A program made the translations under genes and the position numbers. The notes under the pieces are model-generated. The model was not told the origin of the DNA and did not search any database. It saw only the letters and a list, made by a program, of their open reading frames with translations. Shown here piece after piece: positions 28,604 to 37,343 of a stretch of DNA of 64,000 nt; position 1 is the stretch's first letter; each line of letters starts with the position of its first letter. The DNA comes from Bdellovibrionales bacterium. Lineage in GTDB: Bacteria > Bdellovibrionota > Bdellovibrionia > Bdellovibrionales > UBA1609. The DNA lies in NCBI GenBank assembly GCA_027317865.1, contig DAHVQG010000009.1, forward strand, positions 15,937 through 79,936, written 5' to 3'.

Positions 28604-29854
28604 ATGAATCGATTCCAGAGGTCAAGTCAGCGAACATTGAGTGCCGCAATAGCATTAGTTGTGGTCGGATTCTTCATAATCAGCGCAAATCGCGCATCTG
28701 CGAAACTGATTCCATGGCCAAATTCGCCAGCACAACCGGTGCACCGTACGCCACCCTCGCAAAATGTAGGGCCAAGCACCAGCAACTCGGCGTCTGGTGT
28801 GACGGTTGAGGATGCATTTGCCGACCCGAGTCCGGTTGGTCCACAAAAATTGATCGCTTCGATTAACGACCCAAATACAAGGTCGATCGAAATGTGGATG
28901 TTCAGTATGTCGGATCAAAATGTCGTGAATGCTCTTGTGGCGGCGGGCGAACGGGGAGCGCAAGTCACAATCATTTTTAATGCCGGAATGTTTACGGGCC
29001 GTGACTCGAGCGTTGTCAGTGAACTTTCTAATTCGCCGAACATAAACGTCGTTCAAGCTTCGGCGGGTTTTTCGATTACCCATGCTAAAACAATGATTGT
29101 AAATGCTGGTCAGCCTGATGCCTACGCGTGGATCATGAGCATGAACGCGACGACAAATTATGCAGAAGAGGCGGATTTTGCCGTTAAAACGTCCGATTCG
29201 CGAGTGGTATCCGATTTGAATAACCTTTTTCAGTTGGATCTCCAAAACGCGCAAAACTCAACTGCTCTGAATCTCGACGGACAAGAAGGCCGGCCGAGTT
29301 TGACGAGCCCAAATCTCGTAGTTAGCCCGCAAAATTCCCTGCAAAAAATATTAGATTTGATTAATTCGGCTCATTCTTCGATCGATATGACAGTTGAAAA
29401 TATCGCATATTATCCGCCGACGCCAAAATATCCGAAACCGTTCGAGCAAATAGTGAATGCACTTATTGCGAAAATGCGGCAAGGCGTTCGGGTGCGAGTA
29501 ATTACTCCTGGTTGTGATTTAAATCCGTGGAATCCCGGTTATAACATGGACGCATTAAACGCCCTCAATCAGGCGGCAAGTCCGATGATCGTGGCCAAAA
29601 TGATGCCTTACCCCGCAAGCCCGACGGCGCCATATATGCATCAAAAATTGATTATCGTCGATAATTCCCGATTTTTTATCGGCTCTGTTAATTTTTCGAT
29701 CAATTCGCTTAAGAAAGCGCGCGAGATCGGCGTCATTTCTAAGATTAACGGTGCCGATCGCTTTGTTGAACAAGAGTTTGATCAAGAATTTAACGAAGGC
29801 GTGACGCCGGCTTCTTCAGATCGGGGCATTCCTAGAAGTTGCCAAGCTTTTTAG
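28604..29854 (+). CDS. Secreted phospholipase D-superfamily protein with two HKD motifs
   Basis: 'ITHAKTMIVN' and 'YMHQKLIIVDNSRFFIGSVNFS'. Signal/anchor 'AAIALVVVGFFIISANRASA'. Start at ATG 28604 after AGAGGGGG; the track ORF starts at 28487. Confidence 0.8.
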   Translation: MNRFQRSSQRTLSAAIALVVVGFFIISANRASAKLIPWPNSPAQPVHRTPPSQNVGPSTSNSASGVTVEDAFADPSPVGPQKLIASINDPNTRSIEMWMFSMSDQNVVNALVAAGERGAQVTIIFNAGMFTGRDSSVVSELSNSPNINVVQASAGFSITHAKTMIVNAGQPDAYAWIMSMNATTNYAEEADFAVKTSDSRVVSDLNNLFQLDLQNAQNSTALNLDGQEGRPSLTSPNLVVSPQNSLQKILDLINSAHSSIDMTVENIAYYPPTPKYPKPFEQIVNALIAKMRQGVRVRVITPGCDLNPWNPGYNMDALNALNQAASPMIVAKMMPYPASPTAPYMHQKLIIVDNSRFFIGSVNFSINSLKKAREIGVISKINGADRFVEQEFDQEFNEGVTPASSDRGIPRSCQAF

Positions 29855-31621
29855 GAATTGTTGAAGCGGCAACGTATTGATGACATCGGCTTTTTGAAGC
29901 CATGCGCGCCGGGCGACATCGATTCCATATCTCATGAACTGAAGTTGAGATGTGTGATGAGAGTCGGTTGAAATGGCAAATTTAATTCCGCGTTCAGCGG
30001 CGAGGCGCGCATAAATATCGGTGAGATCAAGGCGCGACGGTTGCGCGTTGATCTCAAGTATGCAACCCCGATTTTTAACGGCGTCGAGAACACGATCAGT
30101 GTCGAAGTCGATCGCGGGCCGCTCATCAATTAATCGCGTAAGTGGATGCGCAAGAATATTTGTATACGGATTATCAATAGCCCGGAGGAGCCGCTCCGTC
30201 TGTTTTTCTCTCGTCAGTTGAAAGCTGGAATGAACGGCGCACAACACGACATCGAGCTCCTTCAATATCGACGTGGCGAGGTCAAGGTCGCCATTTTTTA
30301 AAATATCGACTTCGGCTGATTTTAATATTTTGATCCCTAGATGTTTGTCATTGAGTTCATCGATTAGCTCAAGATGACGGCGAAACCGTCGTTCATCGAG
30401 ACCATGGGCGATCGTTAGCGACTTTGTATGTTCGGAATTGGCTACGTACTCGTAACCTAATTTTCTTGCCGCAATTGCCATTTCTTCAAGTGTATTTAAC
30501 CCGTCACTCGCCACGGTGTGAAAATGAAGATCACCGCGAATATCGGTAAGTTCAATCAGCTTCGGGAGTAGACCTTGAGCTGCAGCTTCGATTTCACCTT
30601 GGTTCTCACGTAGCTCAGGTTCGATATAAGACAAATTCAAGCAATTAAAGATTTCGTCTTCTGTCCGGCCTGCGATTTTTTTATTTTTTTTAAATACCCC
30701 GTATTCATTGATTTTAAGACCCCGTTTTTGCGCGATACTTCGAATCGCGATGTTGTGCGCTTTTGAGCCGGTGAAGTAATAAAGCGCGGCCCCATAGCTA
30801 TCGTTTTGCACAATTCGAATATCGATTTGAAGACCGTTATACAGCTTTACCGTGGCTCGCGTCGGCCCTTCAGAGACGATTTGTGAGATGGCTTCAAATT
30901 TCAAAATATCCCTAAAAATGGCGGTCGCGGCTTTGCTGCCGGCGCCGCCTTTCGTAAATGTTACGATAATATCGAGATCTCCAACGGTTTCTTTACGTCG
31001 GCGAAAACTGCCCGCGACGGTTACTTGGCCGACGCCTTTGATAAAGTTAATATAATTGACAAACTCCGCAGCAATTGGCTCTGCATCGGATAAACGCATT
31101 CTATCGGCTGTGGTTTTTTGCAATATTTCAATTTCGCGACGAATGCGTTCTTCGGATTTTGCGCCAAACCCTGGGATGTTTTGAATCAGGTGTTTGTCTG
31201 TTGCATTGCGAAGATCGTCAATGGAGTGAATCTTTAATTGTTTATACAATTTTGCGACTTTTTTGGGCCCAAGCGACGGTACTTTCAAAAGTGCGAGAAT
31301 CCCCGTGGGCAGCTCTTTTTCAATTTCAGTTTTAAGCGGAAAGCTCCCGAGTCGCGCAATCGTGAGTATTTTATTTGCAAGATCTTTGCCTATGCCGCGA
31401 ATATCTTCTAGTTTTTCGCCGTGCAAAACAATTTCTTCTACGGGGCGTGGAATGCCCTCAAGAATTCGCGCGGCATTTCGATAAGCGCGAATGCGAAACG
31501 GGTTACTACCTTTGATTTCGAGAAGGTCCGCAGTATCGTTCAACAAAGCGGCGATATCGGAATTGCGTAGCTTAGAAGCGGCGATGTGATCTTTAGCCGC
31601 CGCTGCCGGTTTTAAATCCAC
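29816..31621 (-). CDS. polX: Family X DNA polymerase with a C-terminal PHP domain
   Basis: HhH 'RIRAYRNAARILE', nucleotidyltransferase 'GSFRRRKETVGDLDIIV', PHP 'GDLHFHTVASDG' ... 'STDSHH'. GTG start. Confidence 0.9.
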   Translation of the reverse strand: MDLKPAAAAKDHIAASKLRNSDIAALLNDTADLLEIKGSNPFRIRAYRNAARILEGIPRPVEEIVLHGEKLEDIRGIGKDLANKILTIARLGSFPLKTEIEKELPTGILALLKVPSLGPKKVAKLYKQLKIHSIDDLRNATDKHLIQNIPGFGAKSEERIRREIEILQKTTADRMRLSDAEPIAAEFVNYINFIKGVGQVTVAGSFRRRKETVGDLDIIVTFTKGGAGSKAATAIFRDILKFEAISQIVSEGPTRATVKLYNGLQIDIRIVQNDSYGAALYYFTGSKAHNIAIRSIAQKRGLKINEYGVFKKNKKIAGRTEDEIFNCLNLSYIEPELRENQGEIEAAAQGLLPKLIELTDIRGDLHFHTVASDGLNTLEEMAIAARKLGYEYVANSEHTKSLTIAHGLDERRFRRHLELIDELNDKHLGIKILKSAEVDILKNGDLDLATSILKELDVVLCAVHSSFQLTREKQTERLLRAIDNPYTNILAHPLTRLIDERPAIDFDTDRVLDAVKNRGCILEINAQPSRLDLTDIYARLAAERGIKFAISTDSHHTSQLQFMRYGIDVARRAWLQKADVINTLPLQQFLKSLATSRNAPI

Positions 31622-31645
31622 GGCTAAAATTATCTAATTTTAGCC
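31622..31645 (-). other. Perfect 10-bp-stem hairpin GGCTAAAATT-N4-AATTTTAGCC abutting the polX start codon
   Basis: Read directly. It lies 68 nt downstream of the sodB stop and immediately 5' of the polX GTG. It may be a sodB terminator or a polX translation attenuator. Confidence 0.35.
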
Positions 31646-31712
31646 GCCAATGAGACAATCGATGTGTTCTTATTTCGAAATCTTTTTGGGGAGATTCGGA
31701 TAAAGTCGATTA

Positions 31713-32291
31713 CTACGGTTTATCGAAATTTTTTTGTGCGAAATCCCAATTGATAAGATTCACAAATGAGTCGAAATATTTACCGCGGTCATTTCGATAA
31801 TCTATGTAATAGGCGTGCTCCCAAAGATCGATTGTCAGAAGCGCACGTTTATCGGTTCGCAAAAGATTTTCGCCGTCATGAGTTGTTTCGATCTGAAGCC
31901 GGCCATTTTCTTTTACGATCCAAGCCCAACCCGAACCGAACGCTCCCAAAACTTTGTTGCGAAACGCTTGTAAGAATTTATCTGTTGACCCAAATTCTTT
32001 GTCGATGGCGGCAGCGAGTGCGCCGGTTGGTTTCAGTTTTTCGGGGGATAACGATTGCCACAAAAACGCATGGTTCCACGCTTGGGCGGCGTTATTGTAA
32101 ATCGTCCCGCTTGAATATTTAATTATTGTTTCTATCGGCGAATTTTCAAACGGTGTACCGGCGACTAACGTATTGAGTTTATCGACATAGGCTTTATGGT
32201 GTTTGCCGTAGTGAAAGCGAATCGTTTCGGCAGTCATGTACGGTTCGAGAGCATTTTCTTTAAATTGAAGTGCAGGCAGTTCGTGTTTCAT
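31713..32291 (-). CDS. sodB: Fe-type superoxide dismutase
   Basis: 'ELPALQF', 'HHKAYVDKLN', 'AQAWNHAFLWQSL', 'DLWEHAYYIDYRN'. ATG 32291 is preceded by AAGGAG; the track ORF starts at 32315. Confidence 0.9.
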   Translation of the reverse strand: MKHELPALQFKENALEPYMTAETIRFHYGKHHKAYVDKLNTLVAGTPFENSPIETIIKYSSGTIYNNAAQAWNHAFLWQSLSPEKLKPTGALAAAIDKEFGSTDKFLQAFRNKVLGAFGSGWAWIVKENGRLQIETTHDGENLLRTDKRALLTIDLWEHAYYIDYRNDRGKYFDSFVNLINWDFAQKNFDKP

Positions 32292-32397
32292 AGGGTCACT
32301 CCTTTCAAAGGACAATTCAGGATAGAAAAATTAGCGAGTCGGTGTCAATGTCAATGTCTGAGCGTCAAGAGAGCTTTGAATCGTTACGAGAACGCAC

Positions 32398-32784
32398 TCA
32401 AATCGCCCGCAACAAATAACGAGCGAGAAAAAGTCCTGTGGCTGCAGCGAGACAACCCACGAGCGGACTGCCAAAAAGATAAATACCGCCCATGAGAAAT
32501 TCAGATTGCTCCAAGAGGCGAGTCCCTTCAAGTGCATATGATGAAAAAGTAGTAAAACCACCTAGAAGACCGACTAAGAGCCCGACGCGCACATCCACAG
32601 ATAGGACACCTTTTTCGACGCCTAAACTGTAGACCACGCCGATTAAAAAAGATCCAATAATGTTAATGATAAATGTACCAAGTGGAAAGTGTTGTGTCGG
32701 CATATAACGGGCTACAAAAAGCGCAACCAAATAACGGCTGAAGACCCCGATTAGACCGAAGACGGCAATCAAAAGAATTTTCAT
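32398..32784 (-). CDS. crcB: Fluoride channel CrcB/Fluc
   Basis: 'LGTFIINIIGSFLIG', 'GLLGGFTTFSSYALE'. ATG 32784 lies 5 nt after GGGAG. A fluoride riboswitch sits upstream. Confidence 0.9.
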   Translation of the reverse strand: MKILLIAVFGLIGVFSRYLVALFVARYMPTQHFPLGTFIINIIGSFLIGVVYSLGVEKGVLSVDVRVGLLVGLLGGFTTFSSYALEGTRLLEQSEFLMGGIYLFGSPLVGCLAAATGLFLARYLLRAI

Positions 32785-32818
32785 AAATACTCCCACTGTT
32801 GTTACAAACTGTTATTCA

Positions 32819-32896
32819 GTAGGAGTTATCAGCCTAATGTTTTACGGCAGGCAAAGCCCGGTATCATTGGCGGTTATGGTGAACTCCATCACCTTT
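32819..32896 (-). promoter_or_regulatory. Fluoride riboswitch (crcB RNA motif) aptamer
   Basis: The minus-strand RNA reads AAAGGUGAUGGAGUUCACCAUAACCGCC...GGCUGAUAACUCCUAC. This matches the conserved GGCGAUGGnGUUCGCCAUAAACGC...GCUAAUGAnUCCUAC core with a compensatory C-G to U-A change. It lies directly 5' of crcB. Confidence 0.88.
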
Positions 32897-32962
32897 CAAT
32901 TAATCTGTCTTTTAAAATTCTATTTGTCAAAGGTCGGGTTGCTACAAATATTAGCCGCAGTG

Positions 32963-35695
32963 TCACGGGCGTGTACCCGTAAAAATGTATTCAGGATATT
33001 CTCCGTAAGTTAAGCCTTTGTATAAACGTTGCGTTTGAAGTTTTATGCTGATTTTCGTATAGCCCATTCGAATGCTGCTTTTATATGCGGGCGTTTTTTT
33101 TACTGCTTCTTCAAGCGGGTAACGTTTGAGCGCATGTCCAAGGATTTCTTTATTTGTACCTTCGAGTTCGGCGGAAAATGAGCGCGCTTCTGGGTTAGCT
33201 TTGAGTGCTTGTTCGAAAAGCGCTTCGGCGTATCCGAAAGTTTGATATTGGGTTTGTACGCGAATCATATTGATGTGCACGACGCCATCATTTAACTGAT
33301 AGTCCAAGCTCGCAATTGGTTCTTTAGTTGCGGGGTCAAACAGTGCAATCATTTTATCGTTTGTGCCTGCGGTTTCTAGTTCTCGCTCTTGCACGACAAG
33401 TTTGATCGTTCGATTAGGCGAAAAGTTTTTCGGATGAAATTCTATGATTTTAGCTGGGCCCGCGGGTTGGCCGACGTTTAACTTTTTAAAAGATTGCAAG
33501 ATTTCGTCGTACTCTTGTTTCGAAATCTTGCCGTCGAGAAGCAGGTATTGGAACTTGCGCGTGTCGCCAGTTTCTAACAGTTGCGTGCGATCGGCCTTCG
33601 ATATAATCCCGTATTCCGTCAGTTTATCAAGAATGCGCATTTTTCTTTGTGAATACCTGGTTTTTAATGCGAGGGATTTATCTATAGATTTCGCGGCGTT
33701 TTCAATACCTCCACATGGTGTAATGCTATAGCTTTTGAGATCGACCAAACTGGGTAGAGTATAAACATCTGGCCCACATTTCGGGTAAATTGACAGGACT
33801 TGGCCGGGCTCGGCTCCGGATGGGCACGGTACTCGTTCGCAAATTGTGACTTTAACTCGGTAATCTTCAAATGGTATTTCATATTCGCGGATCGTCCCTT
33901 CAGAAATACGTGAATCGCGGCTGATCTGAATTGTTGATTTTATCGAATTTGTGTCAACGTTAATGAGTCTAAAGGTTTTGGGGTCAACGTGTTCTTGCAA
34001 AAAGTTATTTAGTTTATCTTCCGGCCAAAGGCTCGTCATTTTTCGGTCGCGCAAAGCAAGCGCCCGGTTGGATTTCCAATACTTTTGCAAAATTCGTGAC
34101 TTTGCCTTATTGACTTGCTGTTCGGCAGATTTTTCTATCTCGTTATTTAAGGTTTGAACTATTTCTTGATTCGAACGAATATCGTGATCTGCTGGATGGT
34201 TGGCCATATAGTCAGATATTCCGTCTCGAAAGCATGCCGTTATATTTGATGAATCGTTCGAAAAAATAACGGTACACAAATGGCGCCTAATCCAATCGGA
34301 ACATAATTGGCCGGCGCTTGCGCTCAAACAAGATTTGACGGATCTTTCTAATCGCTCGCGGTCTATGTTTATAGAAGAGCCCCCTAGGGCGTCCTCTTGA
34401 AAATTAAATATATCGCCGTACTTATAACTCAGCGTAGCCAAAACGCTTTTCGCGGTATTTTTATCTAAAGTGATTTTAGCTATTTCCTGATTAATTTGTG
34501 CCACGCGTGCGCGCTCAATTTTCTCGGCCGCTTCTTTGGTTGTCTCACCGGCGGGCGCGATGTGTTCTCTGAAATGCGTAATTAGACGCTGGCGTTCCGT
34601 TTCAGACAAATGGGGTTGAGGGGACAGTTCTTCTGTTGGCGACTGCTCTGGCGGCAAGACATGGTCTGCGGTTTCGGTGACCTCGGTTGCCGTTGCGGTT
34701 GCCTCGGCGGTGTCGGTGGCTTTTGCTAAACCGGCGGCGACCTTGGCTTCATCCACAATTCCGTCGGTGGCGACATTTAATACTATTGTGGTCATCGCGT
34801 ATTTTATAAGTTCATTACGTTTTTCCGTGTTATAACACTTGAGTTTAATGTCCTGGGTCTTCAACCAATTTTTTGCATTATGGTAATATCCGTTTATAAT
34901 TGAGGCGACATCATCCGGCATTTCGTTACCAACCGAGCGAAATTTTACACCTTCTTTGGTAAGTTTAGTTGTGTAAAGTCGTGTGCCCGTCATTTGAATG
35001 TACCCTTGCACTTCGGAGCAACTTTCTGATTCGAACCATTTTTTATTGGGCATTTTGACCTGAAGGTCTTTCGGAAGTTTTTCGTTGTACGCGTAAAAGA
35101 GCAACTTTTTCAATTTCATGGGGCAATGTTCGTCGCGCTCGTAAGCCTTATAAGCTTGCCACGGTACCAAAATTAAACTCGCAAAATCCCATATAGCCTT
35201 CTTCTCGCCGGCGGCAGTGCCTTTGAATTCGTAATCAATTTTTTGTTCGGCATCTTCATTGCAAATTCGCTCGTATTGTTTTGGTTTGTGTCCATTTTTT
35301 TGAATTTTGGCGTACAGCGCTTGGCATTCATTGGAATGTACGATTTGTTCACATTTTTCATACGCAGATTGTTTTTTCGTGGCGCCGATCGTGCGGCCGG
35401 ACTTGGGGCCGGAATGAGTTTCGGCATTTTTGCGCAGTGATTTCACTGTGCCTTGAATCATATCGAAATTTTTTGCGTTTAGCGGCGGAGTCACCAGGGG
35501 GCTAGAGCCAGTTTCGCCAACGGCACATTTGGTGCAAAGTCCGGCGGCTGTACGGTTGTACAACGGGGTAGCGTGCGCATTTTTTGCGATGCCAATTGCG
35601 CCAACAAATGACAAGGTTGCAAGCGCAAAGTAAAAGAAACGCGCGACCAATGTCTGTAGGCAAGTCGCACGAATCCGTTTTGAATGAAAATCCAT
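32963..35695 (-). CDS. Large (910 aa) exported protein with a GNAT-like C-terminal region
   Basis: Signal 'FFYFALATLSFVGAIGIAKNAHA'. T/A/E-rich linker and Cys-rich segments. The C-terminal 'VVHINMIRVQTQYQTFGYAEALFEQAL' fits GNAT motif A (Q-x-x-G-x-A). No other domain recognised. Confidence 0.65.
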   Translation of the reverse strand: MDFHSKRIRATCLQTLVARFFYFALATLSFVGAIGIAKNAHATPLYNRTAAGLCTKCAVGETGSSPLVTPPLNAKNFDMIQGTVKSLRKNAETHSGPKSGRTIGATKKQSAYEKCEQIVHSNECQALYAKIQKNGHKPKQYERICNEDAEQKIDYEFKGTAAGEKKAIWDFASLILVPWQAYKAYERDEHCPMKLKKLLFYAYNEKLPKDLQVKMPNKKWFESESCSEVQGYIQMTGTRLYTTKLTKEGVKFRSVGNEMPDDVASIINGYYHNAKNWLKTQDIKLKCYNTEKRNELIKYAMTTIVLNVATDGIVDEAKVAAGLAKATDTAEATATATEVTETADHVLPPEQSPTEELSPQPHLSETERQRLITHFREHIAPAGETTKEAAEKIERARVAQINQEIAKITLDKNTAKSVLATLSYKYGDIFNFQEDALGGSSINIDRERLERSVKSCLSASAGQLCSDWIRRHLCTVIFSNDSSNITACFRDGISDYMANHPADHDIRSNQEIVQTLNNEIEKSAEQQVNKAKSRILQKYWKSNRALALRDRKMTSLWPEDKLNNFLQEHVDPKTFRLINVDTNSIKSTIQISRDSRISEGTIREYEIPFEDYRVKVTICERVPCPSGAEPGQVLSIYPKCGPDVYTLPSLVDLKSYSITPCGGIENAAKSIDKSLALKTRYSQRKMRILDKLTEYGIISKADRTQLLETGDTRKFQYLLLDGKISKQEYDEILQSFKKLNVGQPAGPAKIIEFHPKNFSPNRTIKLVVQERELETAGTNDKMIALFDPATKEPIASLDYQLNDGVVHINMIRVQTQYQTFGYAEALFEQALKANPEARSFSAELEGTNKEILGHALKRYPLEEAVKKTPAYKSSIRMGYTKISIKLQTQRLYKGLTYGEYPEYIFTGTRP

Positions 35696-35837
35696 TAAAA
35701 ACTATTCGGCCGGAACGGGAACAGGTTTGAGTTACGCGGCTCGTGTTATAATGGAATTGCAGGTAGATTGCAGTTGGGCCAAAGTCTCGGCGACTGGCCC
35801 CTAAGACAAGCAGCGGGAGATTTTAAAGCAGGATTTG

Positions 35838-36332
35838 TCAGTGCTCGGCAAGCCATTCGTTTAAGGCCAAATTGCCTTTTTCGATTTCGGCGCTGAGCAT
35901 TCCGACTGTCGGCGAAAATTTTGCATCGGTATAACTCGTATACTCCAACTGTTGCAAAATTGTGGAGACTCGATCGAGACCCAGGTTGGCGCTACTGGAC
36001 TTCAATGAATGCAGGTGCCGGGCCAAATCGTTGGGAGTGACCCCTGGCTGTTCAACCATATGGCGCAATTGTTCTAGCGTATGGGCCGAGAAATCAAAAT
36101 ACATCGAAATGAGTTTACGCGTGAGATTGCCCGACGAATCGAGCTCATTCAATCGCTCCAGCATTGCGCGATTTAGCGTGGGTTGATCTCCGAGCCATGA
36201 AATCGGCATTTGATCTGGCGACACGGGTGAGTTCCACTTTTCGGTCCACAGCTGAGATATATCAGTTTTGTTTATCTTGCTATTTAACTGTGCGCTACCG
36301 AAAGGCAACTGAATTGTTCCGTCTTTAATCAT
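35838..36332 (-). CDS. Stand-alone Hpt (histidine phosphotransfer) protein
   Basis: 'ARHLHSLKSSSANLGLDRV' is the HxxKGSSxxxG Hpt motif. ATG 36332 follows GAAGGAG; the track ORF starts at 36356. Confidence 0.75.
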   Translation of the reverse strand: MIKDGTIQLPFGSAQLNSKINKTDISQLWTEKWNSPVSPDQMPISWLGDQPTLNRAMLERLNELDSSGNLTRKLISMYFDFSAHTLEQLRHMVEQPGVTPNDLARHLHSLKSSSANLGLDRVSTILQQLEYTSYTDAKFSPTVGMLSAEIEKGNLALNEWLAEH

Positions 36333-36631
36333 GTTTTTTGCTCCTTCGTGAGTCATCGAACCAAGTGCACTTACTATTTAAGTGCGATCGCGACATTATA
36401 ACAGAGATTTCGCTAGCGACCGGGGCATGGTAAAAAAAACTTTATACTGTCAGAATTTTAGACAAAAAACGTGGAATTCAAATCTCCTCGCGCATTTGCG
36501 GTGACAATCTTTTGCACAACAATTGTAAAAACAGGGGTCATTTTTCTTACTGTTATGACTAAAATTCGTTTTGTTGTATATTTCGTTCGGCAGTTAAAAA
36601 GTGTTCAATAACCGTTACGAAGGGATAAGCC

Positions 36632-37342
36632 ATGCAGAAGATTCTTTGTGTCGACGATGCGCCAGACGTCCTACTGATGATGGAACAGATTTTTCAAGGC
36701 TACGATTACAGTCTCGCGAGTTCGCTCCAGCAAGCATCGGGGCTTGTCGATCGGTCTAAGTACTCGGTGATACTTTTAGACGTAGAGCTACCCGACGGAT
36801 CCGGTTTCGATTTTATGACTTCGGCAATCGGGCGGCTCAATGGCAGTCAGATCATATTTTTAACAGGTCGAAACGACATTGCCAGTAAAGCCAGCGCATT
36901 TTCGCTTGGTGCCGACGATTACGTCGTCAAACCTTTTGACCCGACCGAACTTAAGTTTCGAGTCGACGCGAAACTGCGTAAAGCTGCGGCTTCGGTGAAC
37001 CAACAATCTTTGTTGCGTGTTGGCGGTTTGGTTTGCAACTTGCAAGATCAAACTGTTTGCAAAACCGACTCCGGTGAGCCACTTGATCTGACATTTATTG
37101 AATTTAAGATTTTTAGGCTGCTTGCGACCACGCCGAATAAGATATTTGGGCGTTCTGAAATTCTCGACCGGGTGTGGGGTCATGCGGTTTCAGTAACGGA
37201 TCGCGTGGTTGACGTCCATATTTCAAATTTGCGCAAAAAGATCATGAATAATGGAGTCACGATTGAAGCGGTTATTGGAACGGGATATCGTATATTAAAC
37301 GAACCGGTGAAAGAACCGTCACTTGCGGCAAGTTCAAACTGA
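36632..37342 (+). CDS. OmpR/PhoB-family response regulator (REC plus winged helix)
   Basis: 'ILCVDDAPD', 'VILLDVELPDGSG', 'VVKPF'. C-terminal 'LTFIEFKIFRLL', 'VDVHISNLRKKI', 'IEAVIGTGYRI'. Confidence 0.85.
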   Translation: MQKILCVDDAPDVLLMMEQIFQGYDYSLASSLQQASGLVDRSKYSVILLDVELPDGSGFDFMTSAIGRLNGSQIIFLTGRNDIASKASAFSLGADDYVVKPFDPTELKFRVDAKLRKAAASVNQQSLLRVGGLVCNLQDQTVCKTDSGEPLDLTFIEFKIFRLLATTPNKIFGRSEILDRVWGHAVSVTDRVVDVHISNLRKKIMNNGVTIEAVIGTGYRILNEPVKEPSLAASSN

Positions 37343-37343
37343 G

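Noticed and set aside
28655-29254. 199-aa minus-strand ORF inside the PLD gene
   Set aside because: It is antisense to a gene with clear HKD motifs. The translation is Arg/His-rich and low-complexity, with no SD or recognisable motif. This is a typical shadow ORF.
34660-34745. GC-rich quasi-repetitive DNA (GGTTGC/GGCGGT units) inside the 910-aa gene
   Set aside because: It simply encodes the T/A/E low-complexity linker 'ATDTAEATATATEVTETAD'. It is not an independent repeat element.
35740-35800. Plus-strand TATAAT box (35748-35753) and GGGCCA-N13-TGGCCC hairpin between the Hpt gene and the 910-aa gene
   Set aside because: The -35 spacing is poor, there is no plus-strand gene downstream, and the hairpin lacks a U-run on either strand. 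This is not enough support for a promoter or terminator call.
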